From contig OZ024744.1 of the NCBI GenBank assembly GCA_964016885.1, positions 112,468,001 to 112,532,000 on the forward strand: 64,000 nt of DNA, read 5' to 3'. Source of the stretch: Eledone cirrhosa. Lineage: Eukaryota. Positions within the stretch are counted from its first letter, which is position 1; the number at the start of each line of letters is the position of its first letter. Below, piece by piece: positions 1-9,965 of the stretch. The notes below the pieces were generated by a model. The model made no database searches and was not told the DNA's origin. It saw only the letters and a program-made list of their open reading frames with translations. The translations under genes and the position numbers were made by a program.

Positions 1-150
1 CTTCGGCAGGTTCCGTCTATTAAATTCTATTTATAAGTCATTAGTCAATCCTGGACTTCTAGTAGAAGACACTTGCCTAATGTGCTACGCAGTGGGACTG
101 AACCCGAAATCTCGTAGTTACCAAGCAAACTTCTTAACTGCACAGCCATA
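1..150 (-). mobile_element. tRNA-derived SINE, 5' part (CORE-like body)
   Basis: Minus strand reads TGGCTGTGCAGTTAAG (A-box-like) ... GGTTCAGTCCC (B-box-like), then a CORE-like ACATTAGGCAAGTGTCTT segment. Confidence 0.7.
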
Positions 151-317
151 AATAGATTACCTACGCCTATAAATAGATTACGGTTTTCTTTTAGAAGTGA
201 AGGTTCGAATTTACTTAAAGTCCCTTATTCTGTATTCTATTTTTATGGAAAGGATTTTCTTTTTCTCTCATCATCTGTATTTTTTAATCTTCAACGATTC
301 AATTCTAGTTAAAATTA

Positions 318-592
318 AGAGGAGGGTTTTCCGGCAGTGAGCGATGATTTCCCTGTCTAAAACATGGACGGTAGTGTAAGTGGTAGCAAAGTCCAACGCT
401 TTGTTTAACAGGGTCTCTAAGATCGACGGGTAAACATCTACAATGTCAAACTGTGTGAACTTCGCTTTTTTGGATTTGAAGGAGTTAAACCACTTAATTA
501 CGGAGTCGCTGTTCTCCCACTGGGACAGGTTGGATTTGGTCCTAATGGCCTTAACTATGTTTCTAAGTATGGCCTTACTGACTAGTCCCATA
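318..592 (-). pseudogene. Penelope-like element RT, N-terminal segment, inverted relative to the rest of the element
   Basis: ORF 271..591 has QW..SDSVIKWF, FDIVDVYPSI (RT motif A) and HCRKTLL. The protein continues on the + strand at 593 (FTNGVAWAKK). Confidence 0.85.
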
Positions 593-1627
593 TCTTCACC
601 AACGGAGTAGCCTGGGCAAAGAAGTCAACAACTTTAGAACTATTAGACGTCTCCATGGGATTGTTTGACAGTGCTGACGTATGCGACTTGGTTGGCCTAT
701 TTATTTTAGACATACTACGTATTAGATTTCCGGCCTTCTACACGCGAATATACCGCGACGATGGACTGACCTTATCGAGTCATAAAAGTGGTCACGACCT
801 CGACCGGTTTAAAAAAGACTTAGCTTCTACCTTCAATGAGTTAGGACTTAGGATAACAGTAGCTACTAACCTCTCTAGCGTAGATTTCTTAGACATTAAT
901 TTAGACCTTCGCACACACACCTACAGACCCTTCCATAAGCTTAACGAAAAACTCAATTACAAGGACTTATGCCACCCTCCCACTGTTTTTGGAAACTTCG
1001 TAAATAATATCCGTACTAGAATCTCAAACCTCTCCTCTAATAAGGCTATCTTTGACAGAGCGGCACCCAACTATAACACGGCGTTAGCTAACAGCGGCTT
1101 CTCGCAACCTATCACTTACTCTCCCACTAACAACAACAGCAATAAGAAAAGAAAGTGTAACAATAGACAAACTATCTGGTTCTCTCCTCCCTTCTCACTC
1201 AACGTTAAAACCAATGTAGGCAAAACACTTCTAGCCCTCTTGAAACTGTGGTCACTTCCAACCGACCAAATCAACCACAGCAGGTCAAATCCTATGTGGG
1301 TATGGTGGAGGACCGATTAAAGGAACGCTTCCTGAACCACTAGTCGACCTTTAGGTACCGGACAAACGTTCATCCACGAAACTCGTGAGCCACGTATGGT
1401 CCCTCAAGAACTCAAGTATAGACTACTCCATTCAATGGAAAGCTATCACTAAGTCCAAGCCATACGCAAGAGGGGCAAACCGTCGTGTGGACTATGTATT
1501 GATGAACGAATAAATATTCTAAAGAGATTACGCAATAGTGATTGCCTAAACACGAGAAATGAATTCTTCACACGTTGTCCACACGTCTGGAAACACCACT
1601 TACATAACTACAAAGCTCCGGATTGAA
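593..1627 (+). pseudogene. Penelope-like element RT C-terminal half plus GIY-YIG endonuclease, decayed (resembles Hydra-type C-terminal-EN PLEs)
   Basis: MGLFDSADVCDLVGL, IYRDDGL, VDFLDI, WFSPPFSLNVKTNVGK. Frameshifted EN follows: SYVG..LKERFLNH, VWSLKN..YSIQW, C.LC..ER..I, LNTRNEFFTRCPH. Confidence 0.88.
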
Positions 1628-1788
1628 TTACAACAACAACCTAATTTTCTTATCAACTAGAAACTTTCGGACTTTCGCAGTTATCTCCCTTACACCTCTC
1701 GCACGCAATTTAGTATTGCCTGGGTGAAGTGACCGTTTCTGCGCATGCGCGTTCGTACGGTTGTCCTTCCCGTTTCGTATAACCATGT

Positions 1789-1838
1789 CCATTACAAGCT
1801 GAGGATCCGCTAAGGTGAAACAATTGTTCTCAGTATGG
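1789..1838 (+). ncRNA. Minimal type I hammerhead ribozyme motif in the PLE 3' terminal repeat
   Basis: CTGAGGA at 1799-1805, short CC/GG stem II, GAAA at 1817-1820, palindromic stem III ACAATTGT, imperfect stem I (CCATTAC/GTATGG). Lies about 170 bp after the PLE stop codon. Confidence 0.6.
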
Positions 1839-2155
1839 TGAACTAACTGTTGTGTAACCACTTCTATATATATATTTAATCATTTTCTAACCCAGAAAAA
1901 AGAGAGAGAGAAACAAAAAAAGGAAAAAAAAAATTTGTCTTCCTAAAATCGTCTCTTTCTCCCTGTTTTCACATATATATATATATATTAGTGTGATCTA
2001 CCTCTGGTGGTAGGGTCAGTATCGTAGATAGAACTCAATGTAATCCAGTGAAATCCACAGAGAAGTTCTGTGTTCCGCTGAGTTAATTCCTCAGATATTA
2101 GATATTAAATTAACAATGAAAATAATAACAAATTCAAGTTACTTTACCTATTCAT

Positions 2156-2281
2156 ATTGTTTTGCGATCGTTTCGGAGGGACGATCATATTGACATATTG
2201 TCTGATTTATAGCAGTTATATAACTGTATACTATCATACCTCATATATAGGTTCGATCAGACCGTCTTCTTCAGAAACAAT
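2156..2281 (-). ncRNA. Hammerhead ribozyme motif with ~93-nt stem II insertion (U16.1 mutated)
   Basis: Minus strand: ATTGTTT-CTGAAGA-[insert]-GAAA-CGATCG-CA-AAACAAT. Perfect 7-bp stem I and palindromic stem III. The element ends at (TA)n near 1973-1988. Confidence 0.65.
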
Positions 2282-2439
2282 CTTATAATCGGCCTTTCGT
2301 TCGTAGGGAGAAACCCTTCGTTAACAAGAGAGGAAGCAGCTCCCTAAACTTCTTCCAACCTGTCCTTATTCTAGATACTATGGCCTCGGAACACCCCCTC
2401 CCTTGCTAGGTACCGGAAGTTATCAACCACCTCTATAGA

Positions 2440-3140
2440 ACCTACCCGCATTTGAAAAAATGTGTCTATCACTGCCACTTATACTATCAAATTTCACTAC
2501 CTGTTAATTTGCCTGCTATCCCACTACACCTCTTGTGTACCCAAGATCTGCATTGTGTACATTCTATAGAATATACGCCAACTCCTTTTCGAACATGGTC
2601 ATTTCCCTGATGGAATCAGAATTTAGTCCTCTTTTCTACTCATCAACACTTTTGTCTTAGCTAGATTTACTCTCAGTCCTCTTGCTTCCAACTGCTGTTT
2701 CCATAGCCGGAATTTATTCTCTAGCTCCTCTACTGATTCTGCTATAAGAGCCAGATCGTCAGCATAGAGAATTCCCATGAACAGCCAGTCTTAAACTCCT
2801 CTGTTATGGCTTGGAGGACTATAATGAACAAGAGCGGGCTGAGGATCGAACCCTGGTGCACTCCTACTTGTATCTGGAATTCCTCACTAAACTTCATTTC
2901 TACTCTCAGTTTACTGACAGCACCCCTGTACACAGCTTGCACTGTCCTCACAAGCCATTCCTCTACACCTAGTTTCCTTAGGGACCAACAGATGACAGAT
3001 AGGGGCACTTATCAAAGGCCTTCTCTAGGTCAACAAAAGCTAAGTATAGTGGCGTATTCTTCTCTAAGAACCTCTCTTGTAATTGTTTCACTAAGAAGAG
3101 GGCATCTGTTGTACTTTTCCCAGGCACAAAACCAAACTGA
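2440..3140 (-). pseudogene. RTE-clade-like LINE RT fragment
   Basis: LRKLGVEEWLVR, VGVHQGSILSPLLF, YADDLAL, GLRVNLAKTKV, and a Cys/His-rich WVHKRCSG segment, all frameshifted. Confidence 0.8.
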
Positions 3141-3825
3141 ATTCTAGTGATGCCAGAGATAAAATATCTAAATTAGCCAAATTTTACTATAAAAGAGAGG
3201 TGCTTTTTTGTTGATTTACGTTTAATTAATAGAAAACCCCGTGATAATAGAGGTTCCAATACTCTAATTATAGGCTTCCAAAATTTTTACTCTAGGGGGT
3301 TTAACCCCCATTAGGGTGTCTTAATATTATTGAAATTTGTTGAAATTTACCTATGGTTTAAATTTCATATAAATCGAAGGGAAACAAATTTCAACGGGGG
3401 GATTGTGTCCACGGGGTATCCTTTGATTAAAATGAAATATACTTATCCAAGTACCCTGAGCAATGTAGTTTCAAAATATATATGGTTATGGGGGCCTATC
3501 TCTAAAACCATAAGAGGAGTTAGTGAACAAACAAAAAGCCAGGAACTACAACTTTATTATATAATACTGACTATGGACAATAGGGTTTGCCAGACTCAAT
3601 CTAAGAATAAATCAAGAAAATAAATACAAACCGGAATTGTGGAAACTACCAATCACCCAGACAGTGTTTGGCTATGCTGTTTCGATTTGAACACATTCAG
3701 TATATGTATATATCTGTGCTTATCTCTTTTATATTCAATTATAATATACAGCTCGGAAAAATCTCTTTTCTAGAGCTATTTTATTGTAAGAGACTATTTT
3801 GAGTTTCTAACTCAATATATACCTT

Positions 3826-3827
<2 letters not shown>

Positions 3828-3868
<41 letters not shown>
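3828..3868. repeat. (TA)n microsatellite; further tracts at ~3942-3972, 4127-4158 and 4294-4317
   Basis: Seen directly. Confidence 0.95.
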
Positions 3869-3869
<1 letters not shown>

Positions 3870-3937
3870 CTCGTAGAGTGCTTCCAATCTACTGTAAAAC
3901 TTATTCTTTGATATACTCATTGAATCTTGTTTAACTC

Positions 3938-3974
<37 letters not shown>

Positions 3975-3975
<1 letters not shown>

Positions 3976-4124
3976 GTGGTAAGGAACCAGATGGACCATG
4001 ACGCACCAGAGTACTCAATACTTAGGGTAGTAGAGTGGGTAATAGGAAAAGGTATGACCCCGACGGCAGTCCAGAAATAGCCGTCGAAACGGCTTGAGCT
4101 CTGCCGTCGGGGGTCATACCTTTT

Positions 4125-4128
<4 letters not shown>
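3975..4128. repeat. Short hairpin-terminated element, copy 1, flanked by (TA)n
   Basis: Unique 68-bp leader, then inverted repeat 4043-4128 (TAGGAAAAGGTATGACCCCGACGGCAG ... CTGCCGTCGGGGGTCATACCTTTTCCTA). Confidence 0.85.
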
Positions 4129-4159
<31 letters not shown>

Positions 4160-4168
4160 CAAAGGAAA

Positions 4169-4295
4169 TGTGGTAAGGAACCAGATGGACCATAACGCAC
4201 CAGAGTACTCAATACTTCGAGTAGTAGAGTGGGAAATAGGAAAAAGTATGACCCCGACGGCAGAGCTCAAGCCGTCGGGGTCATACTTTTTCCTA
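4169..4295. repeat. Short hairpin-terminated element, copy 2
   Basis: Same leader as copy 1; perfect 25-bp-arm hairpin at 4237-4295 with a 9-nt loop. Confidence 0.85.
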
Positions 4296-4317
4296 TATAT
4301 ATATATATATATATATA

Positions 4318-4688
4318 AATTTCGTATATCTAAAGATATACGGTATGTTTAAAAATAAACATTTAGAAAGCCACAACTATGAATAGAACACTGGTGGTCA
4401 ACGCCAACGAGTGATGTCCAACAGAAGCAAGGGGGATAATCCTCGATGCATTTCGAACTTAATGGATTCTCATCGGGACGATGCTTCCCTCTTGCTATTG
4501 CTGAACTTTGAAACAGGCGAAAATATATAGTTTTTTTTTCGTCTGTTAATTAGCCTCGTTTGCATACGAAGCTGTATAAGTTAGCTCAACTTAAAATAGA
4601 ATTAAAATTTAGCTTCGACATAGCTGTATTCAAATATGTATGTGAATTTCGTATATCTAACGATATACGGTATGTTTATATATAAACA
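4318..4688 (-). mobile_element. Retrozyme/PLE-terminal-repeat-like unit: 327-bp period bounded by a 44-bp direct repeat, containing one hammerhead motif
   Basis: Direct repeat AATTTCGTATATCTAA(A/C)GATATACGGTATGTTTA(AAA/TAT)ATAAACA at 4318-4361 and 4645-4688; abuts (TA)n; no ORF. Confidence 0.6.
4427..4495 (-). ncRNA. Minimal hammerhead ribozyme motif with CCGAUGA core
   Basis: Minus strand: GCAAGAGGGA..ATCGTC-CCGATGA-GAA(tccattaag)TTC-GAAA-TGCA-TC-GAGGAT..TCCCCCTTGC. Confidence 0.7.
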
Positions 4689-5282
4689 CGGGGAATGAAA
4701 GCAAAACATGTAATATAGAAATTAGTTGTTCTAAATTTCATTTATTCTTCATTTGATGGGAAATTCCGCATGTATACACTTAAATGTAATTCTCAGGGAG
4801 ATTCACCATATGTTTGCTTAAATGTAATTCTCAGTGTATAAATATATATATGTGTATACACACACATGTATACATCAATATGTGTATATAACAATTATTG
4901 GCAAATATTGTAAATTAATCTTTAAAAATGTACAAGTCCCCCTTCTATATCTTGTTATCGTCTCTTTTCCTTCACTGGGCCCTGTGTCCGTCCTATTACC
5001 CCTTTCGTTCTAGGTACCCTCGCTCCCAAATGTTTAATGGGAGATACGTTGTGTGGTATGACAAATAAGTGGATGTGTTGGTGTTCATTCATGTCCTCTT
5101 TTGGTCATGTCTATGTGTGAAATATTCAGCCCTGCCAGACACTGTGTCTTGCTGAATCTCTCTGGGAATAACATTTAAGGGTACACATGTCTGCGTGTAG
5201 AATATTTAGCATTGTCACACATTGGGTGATGCAGAATCTCTGAGAATTACATTTAAGGGTACACATGCTGAATCTCCCTGGG

Positions 5283-5498
5283 TGTTATAATGGTGTCACA
5301 CACCTGTTTTGTATATCTATACGAAACGAGGGTATAACCCAAGGTATTTACCAGGTGTAATTCTAAACTACCAACAAGCGACTACAACAATACTCTGTAC
5401 TCACAGTCTTCTTGACAGTTTACTTCAGTTATTTATAGAGTTTCACCTAGTCCACTTTTAGTTAGACGGGGGTGTTCAGGCTGTTTTCCCCCACAATA
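5283..5498 (-). repeat. 3' LTR of the Gypsy element
   Basis: Starts TGTTATAATG..CACACCTGTTTTGTAT and aligns with 9539-9735. The adjacent TCGCCCCTTTT reads as a polypurine tract on the minus strand. Confidence 0.85.
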
Positions 5499-5656
5499 TC
5501 GCCCCTTTTGAGATTCCTCTTCCTCGGGAGTGTGGATATATTTCAGTTTTCACCCCACTTCTCCCTTTTTGAGAACTAAACTGTCCAGAGCTTAATGTTT
5601 TTTTTATATTTTGGATTCACTTCTAATAATTCCAGGTTTCCTTTTCCTCGTACGTG

Positions 5657-5691
<35 letters not shown>

Positions 5692-5735
5692 GTTTAACGT
5701 CTACCTTCCACGCCAGCATGGGTAGGTTCAACAAT
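5657..5735 (-). mobile_element. (CAT)n tail plus a short LINE/SINE 3' end inserted in the Gypsy 3' region
   Basis: (CAT)11 followed by CGTTTAACGTCTACCTTCCACGCCAGCATGGGT, which resembles RTE-type 3' ends with (ATG)n tails. Confidence 0.5.
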
Positions 5736-5789
5736 TTCTTTGGGGGTTGTCACATCGAAAATATAACACTTTCATTGTTTCTTCATTTC

Positions 5790-8480
5790 TCGTGACCCTT
5801 TCTTCACCAAACCTTTTTTACCTGGTTTATATGTCTATGTTCCTATTTGTGACCTTTTACCCTATATAATATTTTTCCAATTTGTTTACTTATCACGCCA
5901 TCTTCCCACATACCATTTTTATACATTCTAAAAAACACTTTGTCGCCAATTTTGAAAAATTTTGTATCAATTTTGTTATCCAATGTTTTTCTTTTTTGAC
6001 CCGGTTACAATTTGTCAAACACTGACTTAATTTTCCTCACGAACATCAATTCCGCAGGTGCCATGCCTCCAGGGGTATTAGGATTAGGGGTTACCCAGTA
6101 TACCCGTAAGAATTGTTGAAGTACTAAATCATCTATTTCATTGTTGGCTTTTTTAAAAGCCTTCTTAAATGTATCCACAAACTGTTCCGCTTGTCCATTT
6201 GACCTTGGATGACATGGCGGAGTGTTAACATGTTCAATAGAGAACATTTTACAAAATATTTTAAATTTATTCGCAGTGAATTGTGTCCCATTATCAGAAA
6301 CTATGGTACCAGGAATACCATATCTTGCAAACAATGTGGTGTAAAAAACTTACTGAAACTGAGGAGGTTGGTTTTTTACAATTACAAATTTCAGGCCACT
6401 TAGTAAAGCTATCTACCACTACAAGATGTGATCCGTTTAGTGGACCTGCAGCATCTATATGTAGTCTGGACCATGGAATATCTGTCTTTGGCCAAGGTTG
6501 AAATTTTGTGGTAAGCGATTTTGCAGTCTGAGCACAACCTCTGCAGGATTTTACCAACTTTTCAATCTCTTGGTCCATTTTGGGCCAGTATACATAACTT
6601 CTAAGAAGAGATTTCATTCTTGAAATTCCCGGAAGACCAATGTGAAATTCTTTTCATATTCACTTTTGTAGTGTGACCGGCATTACTACTCTTTGTGCAT
6701 ACATCAGTACATTGCCACACATTGAGTACGAGTTCGAATCTGGGTTACGTTCTGCAATTCGCGTTCTTTTTTTCTTCTCTCACTAATCTTTTCATTTTCG
6801 TAATAAAACGTCTTCTTCCACTTATAATTTTATTTCTTCTAAGGTAACAGGTAATTCCCATACTATTTTACACAATATATATATTTTTTCCTTTTCAGCT
6901 CTTAATGCCGCGATCACCGTGTCTTTAAATGGTTCACTATTTTAGGGTATCAACCTTGATAGACCATCAATGTGTCCTAATGTTATGGATGGTAGATACT
7001 CCATCTTAAAATCATAATTTAATGGAGCACCAGCATTGTAATCTATTTGCTGTATGTGTGGGAATTCCCTTCTTTGATCTATAAATTGACAACAAAGGAT
7101 TGTGATCAGTCTGTAAACGAAAACTTCTTCCGTGAATGAACTTATGAATTTTTTTCACAGGACATATTGTTGTTAACACCTCTTTCGATTTGGCTGGAAT
7201 TTTTTTCTGCTGGTGGTAGAGAACGTGAAGCATGAGCTACGGCTTTCGTGCTACCATCATCGTATTTGTGCAGAATCACGGCTCCAATACTGTACTCACT
7301 AGCATCTGAAACCAATATGATTTCTATTTTGGGGTCATAATGCGCTAATGATATGTCCGATGTTAATATGTTTTTTATTTCTTCAAACACCTTCTGGCAC
7401 ATATCAGTCCAATTCCATTTTATGTCTTTTTTTTAAGCAAATTATTTATTGAAGCTCTTACATTGTTCATATTCGGTATATATATATATATCTGCTAATA
7501 GTTCGCAATCCTCAAAAATGTTTGTAACATAGAAACGCTTTTCGCACTTCTCATCGCTGATTTTGAACCCATACTCTCTTATCTTTTCAAAAACACACTT
7601 GACATGATCAACATGCTGACCATGAGCTTCACTTTTAATTAATACGTCGTCCAAGTATGCAATTGTGAAATCACAATCTGTCAGCATCGTATCTTGTTGG
7701 AATATAGCCGGAGCAACTTTTATGCCAAAGGGAAGTCGCTTAAATTTGTAAAAACCTTTATGCGTATTTATTGTCAACAACTTTGTACATTCGCTTTTAA
7801 CTTGTAGTTTCAGAAAGGTCTAATTTCGCAAAAGTTTCCTCTGGACTTGACAATGGGTAGTTGTGTGGTCTTAAACATTCGTTAGTCCCGTCGAAAAGTC
7901 TGTGCATACGCGAATTTTATTATTTTTCTTTTTACATACTCTGTCTGGTCAATTTTTTCAATCACTCCAATTTTTCCCAGTCTATCTAATTCTTTGTTAA
8001 CTTGATCTAATGCTGCACACGGTACATTGTGTTTGGGTATCGTATTTTCTTTCACTTGACATTTATCTTTAGTTTTAGTACAACGATCTAACTCACCCGG
8101 AAAAATATCGGGGAACCACCTTTTCAATTCTTTTAAAACATTTTCTGACTCTTTGTTTGAACTGGCGGACGACCCAATTGCATTTTTACAAAAATTATTT
8201 ATGGGTAAATCCCATAATTTTCATCCAGTCAGTACCGAATAGGTTTGTTGTATTTCTTAATACATAAGCTTTAGATTTTACAGTTTTGCCACGAAATGTA
8301 ACGTTACTTACTATTTTGCCTTTAAAAAATAATTTCTTCCCCAAAACGTCACATGCAATCTTCTAGGTTTTATTTAATGTAGGTTTCTGGGTTGCTTTCC
8401 ACATGTATTCACTGATTATTGTAATGTCACTACCTGTGTCTAACTGCAATTTCACATGCACATTATTCATTTTTACATAC
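5790..8480 (-). pseudogene. pol: Gypsy pol (protease, RT, RNase H, integrase), frameshifted
   Basis: QLDTGSDITII (~8415-8450); RLPFGIKVAPAIFQ and YLDD (7442-7780); SDASEYSIGAVI and LQTDHNPL (RNase H); SYVYWP..CRGC, SDNGTQF and SNGQAE (integrase). Confidence 0.92.
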
Positions 8481-8499
8481 ACAAATTTCCTTTGAGTCT

Positions 8500-9460
8500 C
8501 GTTAATGCTTTTTTCGCCGATAACCTATTTACATCATTTTTCCTGCTTGACCTTTTTCTTGGTTTTGTTTTGCAGTGTGATTTTTCTCATGTCCTATTCT
8601 CCCACATTCAAAGCTTTAAGTTTTTTAAAAGGACAATTGTGTCTGAAATGTAATCCTCCACATCCAAAACATGGATCAATTTTTTGTTTTTCGTTTTTTT
8701 ACTTCTGGTCACACCGACTGTACATGAGAGCAGTCTCTCTCTTCCATTATTTCCGTATCGTGTCTCAATGTACTGGGTAATTGCTGGCCTTGTGCCAAAA
8801 GTAGAAACAATTATTTCCGTATCGTGTCTCAGATTTATGATTCTCTGACATTCCTCAGATATTTCCTGTAATGTTAAGTTCTGATTCTGTTCTAATTTTC
8901 TCAGAATTCTGGTATGAATTTCTGCATCTTTCTTTGCAGTTAACCCTTGCACGAAAGTTAAGCATTTAAACATGTCTGGGGTTATGTTAAGTTTAAATCT
9001 TCCGCATTCCTTGTTAACGATCTCAGCATACCTGACAAAATCTTCGTCCTCTTTTTCCGCCATATTTAATGGGTGTTAAATAAAGAACTTTTCTCGCTAA
9101 AAGTTTTTGACAAGATATTTTACTGTTTCCTCAAAACAGATCTCACCTGGTTTCTTCGGTAGTATTGTAGTTTCAGTATTTTTCGTGTTTGGTGATAACT
9201 TTCTCAACAGAAGTTGTGTTTTTTTTCTCGTCTTCCCGGTCGCTGCAGTCTTCTTGGAACATTCCCTCGTGTCTTCTAAAGTAAGAGGAGAAGGTAATGT
9301 CCTCATCTGGGTTATATGTGAATTCTTCTATTGAGTTCGCCACAGCGGCTGGGGTGGAACAAACTTGACGTATTTCCCGTTTTCTTCAGTATTAGTTCTA
9401 TTAACTGTTGTTTTTATTGTTGCAACTGTACCACTTGGGCTTCTAAATCTTCCATATTAA
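8500..9460 (-). pseudogene. gag: Gypsy gag, frameshifted
   Basis: FKCLTFVQGL..DAEIHTRILRKLEQNQNLTLQ plus Cys/His knuckle remnants near 8575-8670; lies between the PBS and the protease. Confidence 0.75.
8768..8809 (+). mobile_element. 42-bp 5'-truncated SINE 3' end inserted in gag, with a 22-bp TSD
   Basis: ATTATTTCCGTATCGTGTCTCA at 8746-8767 and 8810-8831. The insert matches the 3' end of the SINEs at 53-54 kb. Confidence 0.88.
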
Positions 9461-9527
9461 GGAGATTTTCTTTTTGTACAAAAAAAAAAAAAAAAAAAAA
9501 ATTAATTCCATCGTAAGCTTCGTATAA

Positions 9528-9537
9528 CTCGTCGCCA
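9528..9537 (-). promoter_or_regulatory. Primer binding site
   Basis: TGGCGACGAG on the minus strand, 1 nt inside the 5' LTR boundary. Confidence 0.85.
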
Positions 9538-9538
9538 C

Positions 9539-9735
9539 TGTTATGATGATATGACACACCTGTTTTGTATAAATGTATGAAACGAGGGTAACATCCAAGG
9601 TAGTCACCAGGTGTAATTCCGAACTACCCAGTCTACCTGACAGTTCACTTTAGATATATTATTTATAGAGTTTCGCCTAGTGTATTTTTAGGTGTGAGGG
9701 GGGGGGGGGGGGGGGGGCAGGTTTTTCCTACTGCA
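9539..9735 (-). repeat. 5' LTR of the Gypsy element
   Basis: TG...CA boundaries; homologous to 5283-5498 but visibly diverged. Confidence 0.85.
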
Positions 9736-9897
9736 CTGAGAATTACATTTAGACATACATATCTGAATCTCCCTGAGTTTTATATTGCGCCTAGTGTATT
9801 TTTAGGTGTGAGGGGGGGGGGGGGCGCAGGTTTTTCCTACTGCACTGAGAATTACATTTAGACATACATATCTGAATCTCCCTGAGTTTTATATTGA
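9675..9897. repeat. ~110-bp tandem duplication spanning the LTR/flank junction
   Basis: GCCTAGTGTATTTTTAGG..(G)n..CTCCCTGAGTTTTATATTG occurs twice. Confidence 0.85.
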
Positions 9898-9965
9898 ATC
9901 ATACACATGCTGAATCTCCCCGAGAATTTCATTAAGTGTACACATGGTGAATCTTCCTGAGAATT

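Larger units (their letters stand above)
5283..9735 (-). mobile_element. Decayed full-length Ty3/Gypsy LTR retrotransposon
   Basis: Two ~200-bp LTRs, a PBS, a PPT, gag-PR-RT-RH-IN order, and a 5-bp TSD (CTGGG 5278-5282 / CTGAG 9736-9740). It is inserted in a GCTGAATCTCCCTGAGAATTACATTTA repeat unit. Confidence 0.92.

Noticed and set aside
3160-3500. Helitron-like non-autonomous element
   Set aside because: Only a weak AAATTTCATATAAATCG motif is visible; there is no clear terminal hairpin or CTAG end.
3650-3780. Additional minus-strand hammerhead (CGAAACAG..CTGTC)
   Set aside because: Stem III and GUC are present, but there is no convincing core strand or stem I.
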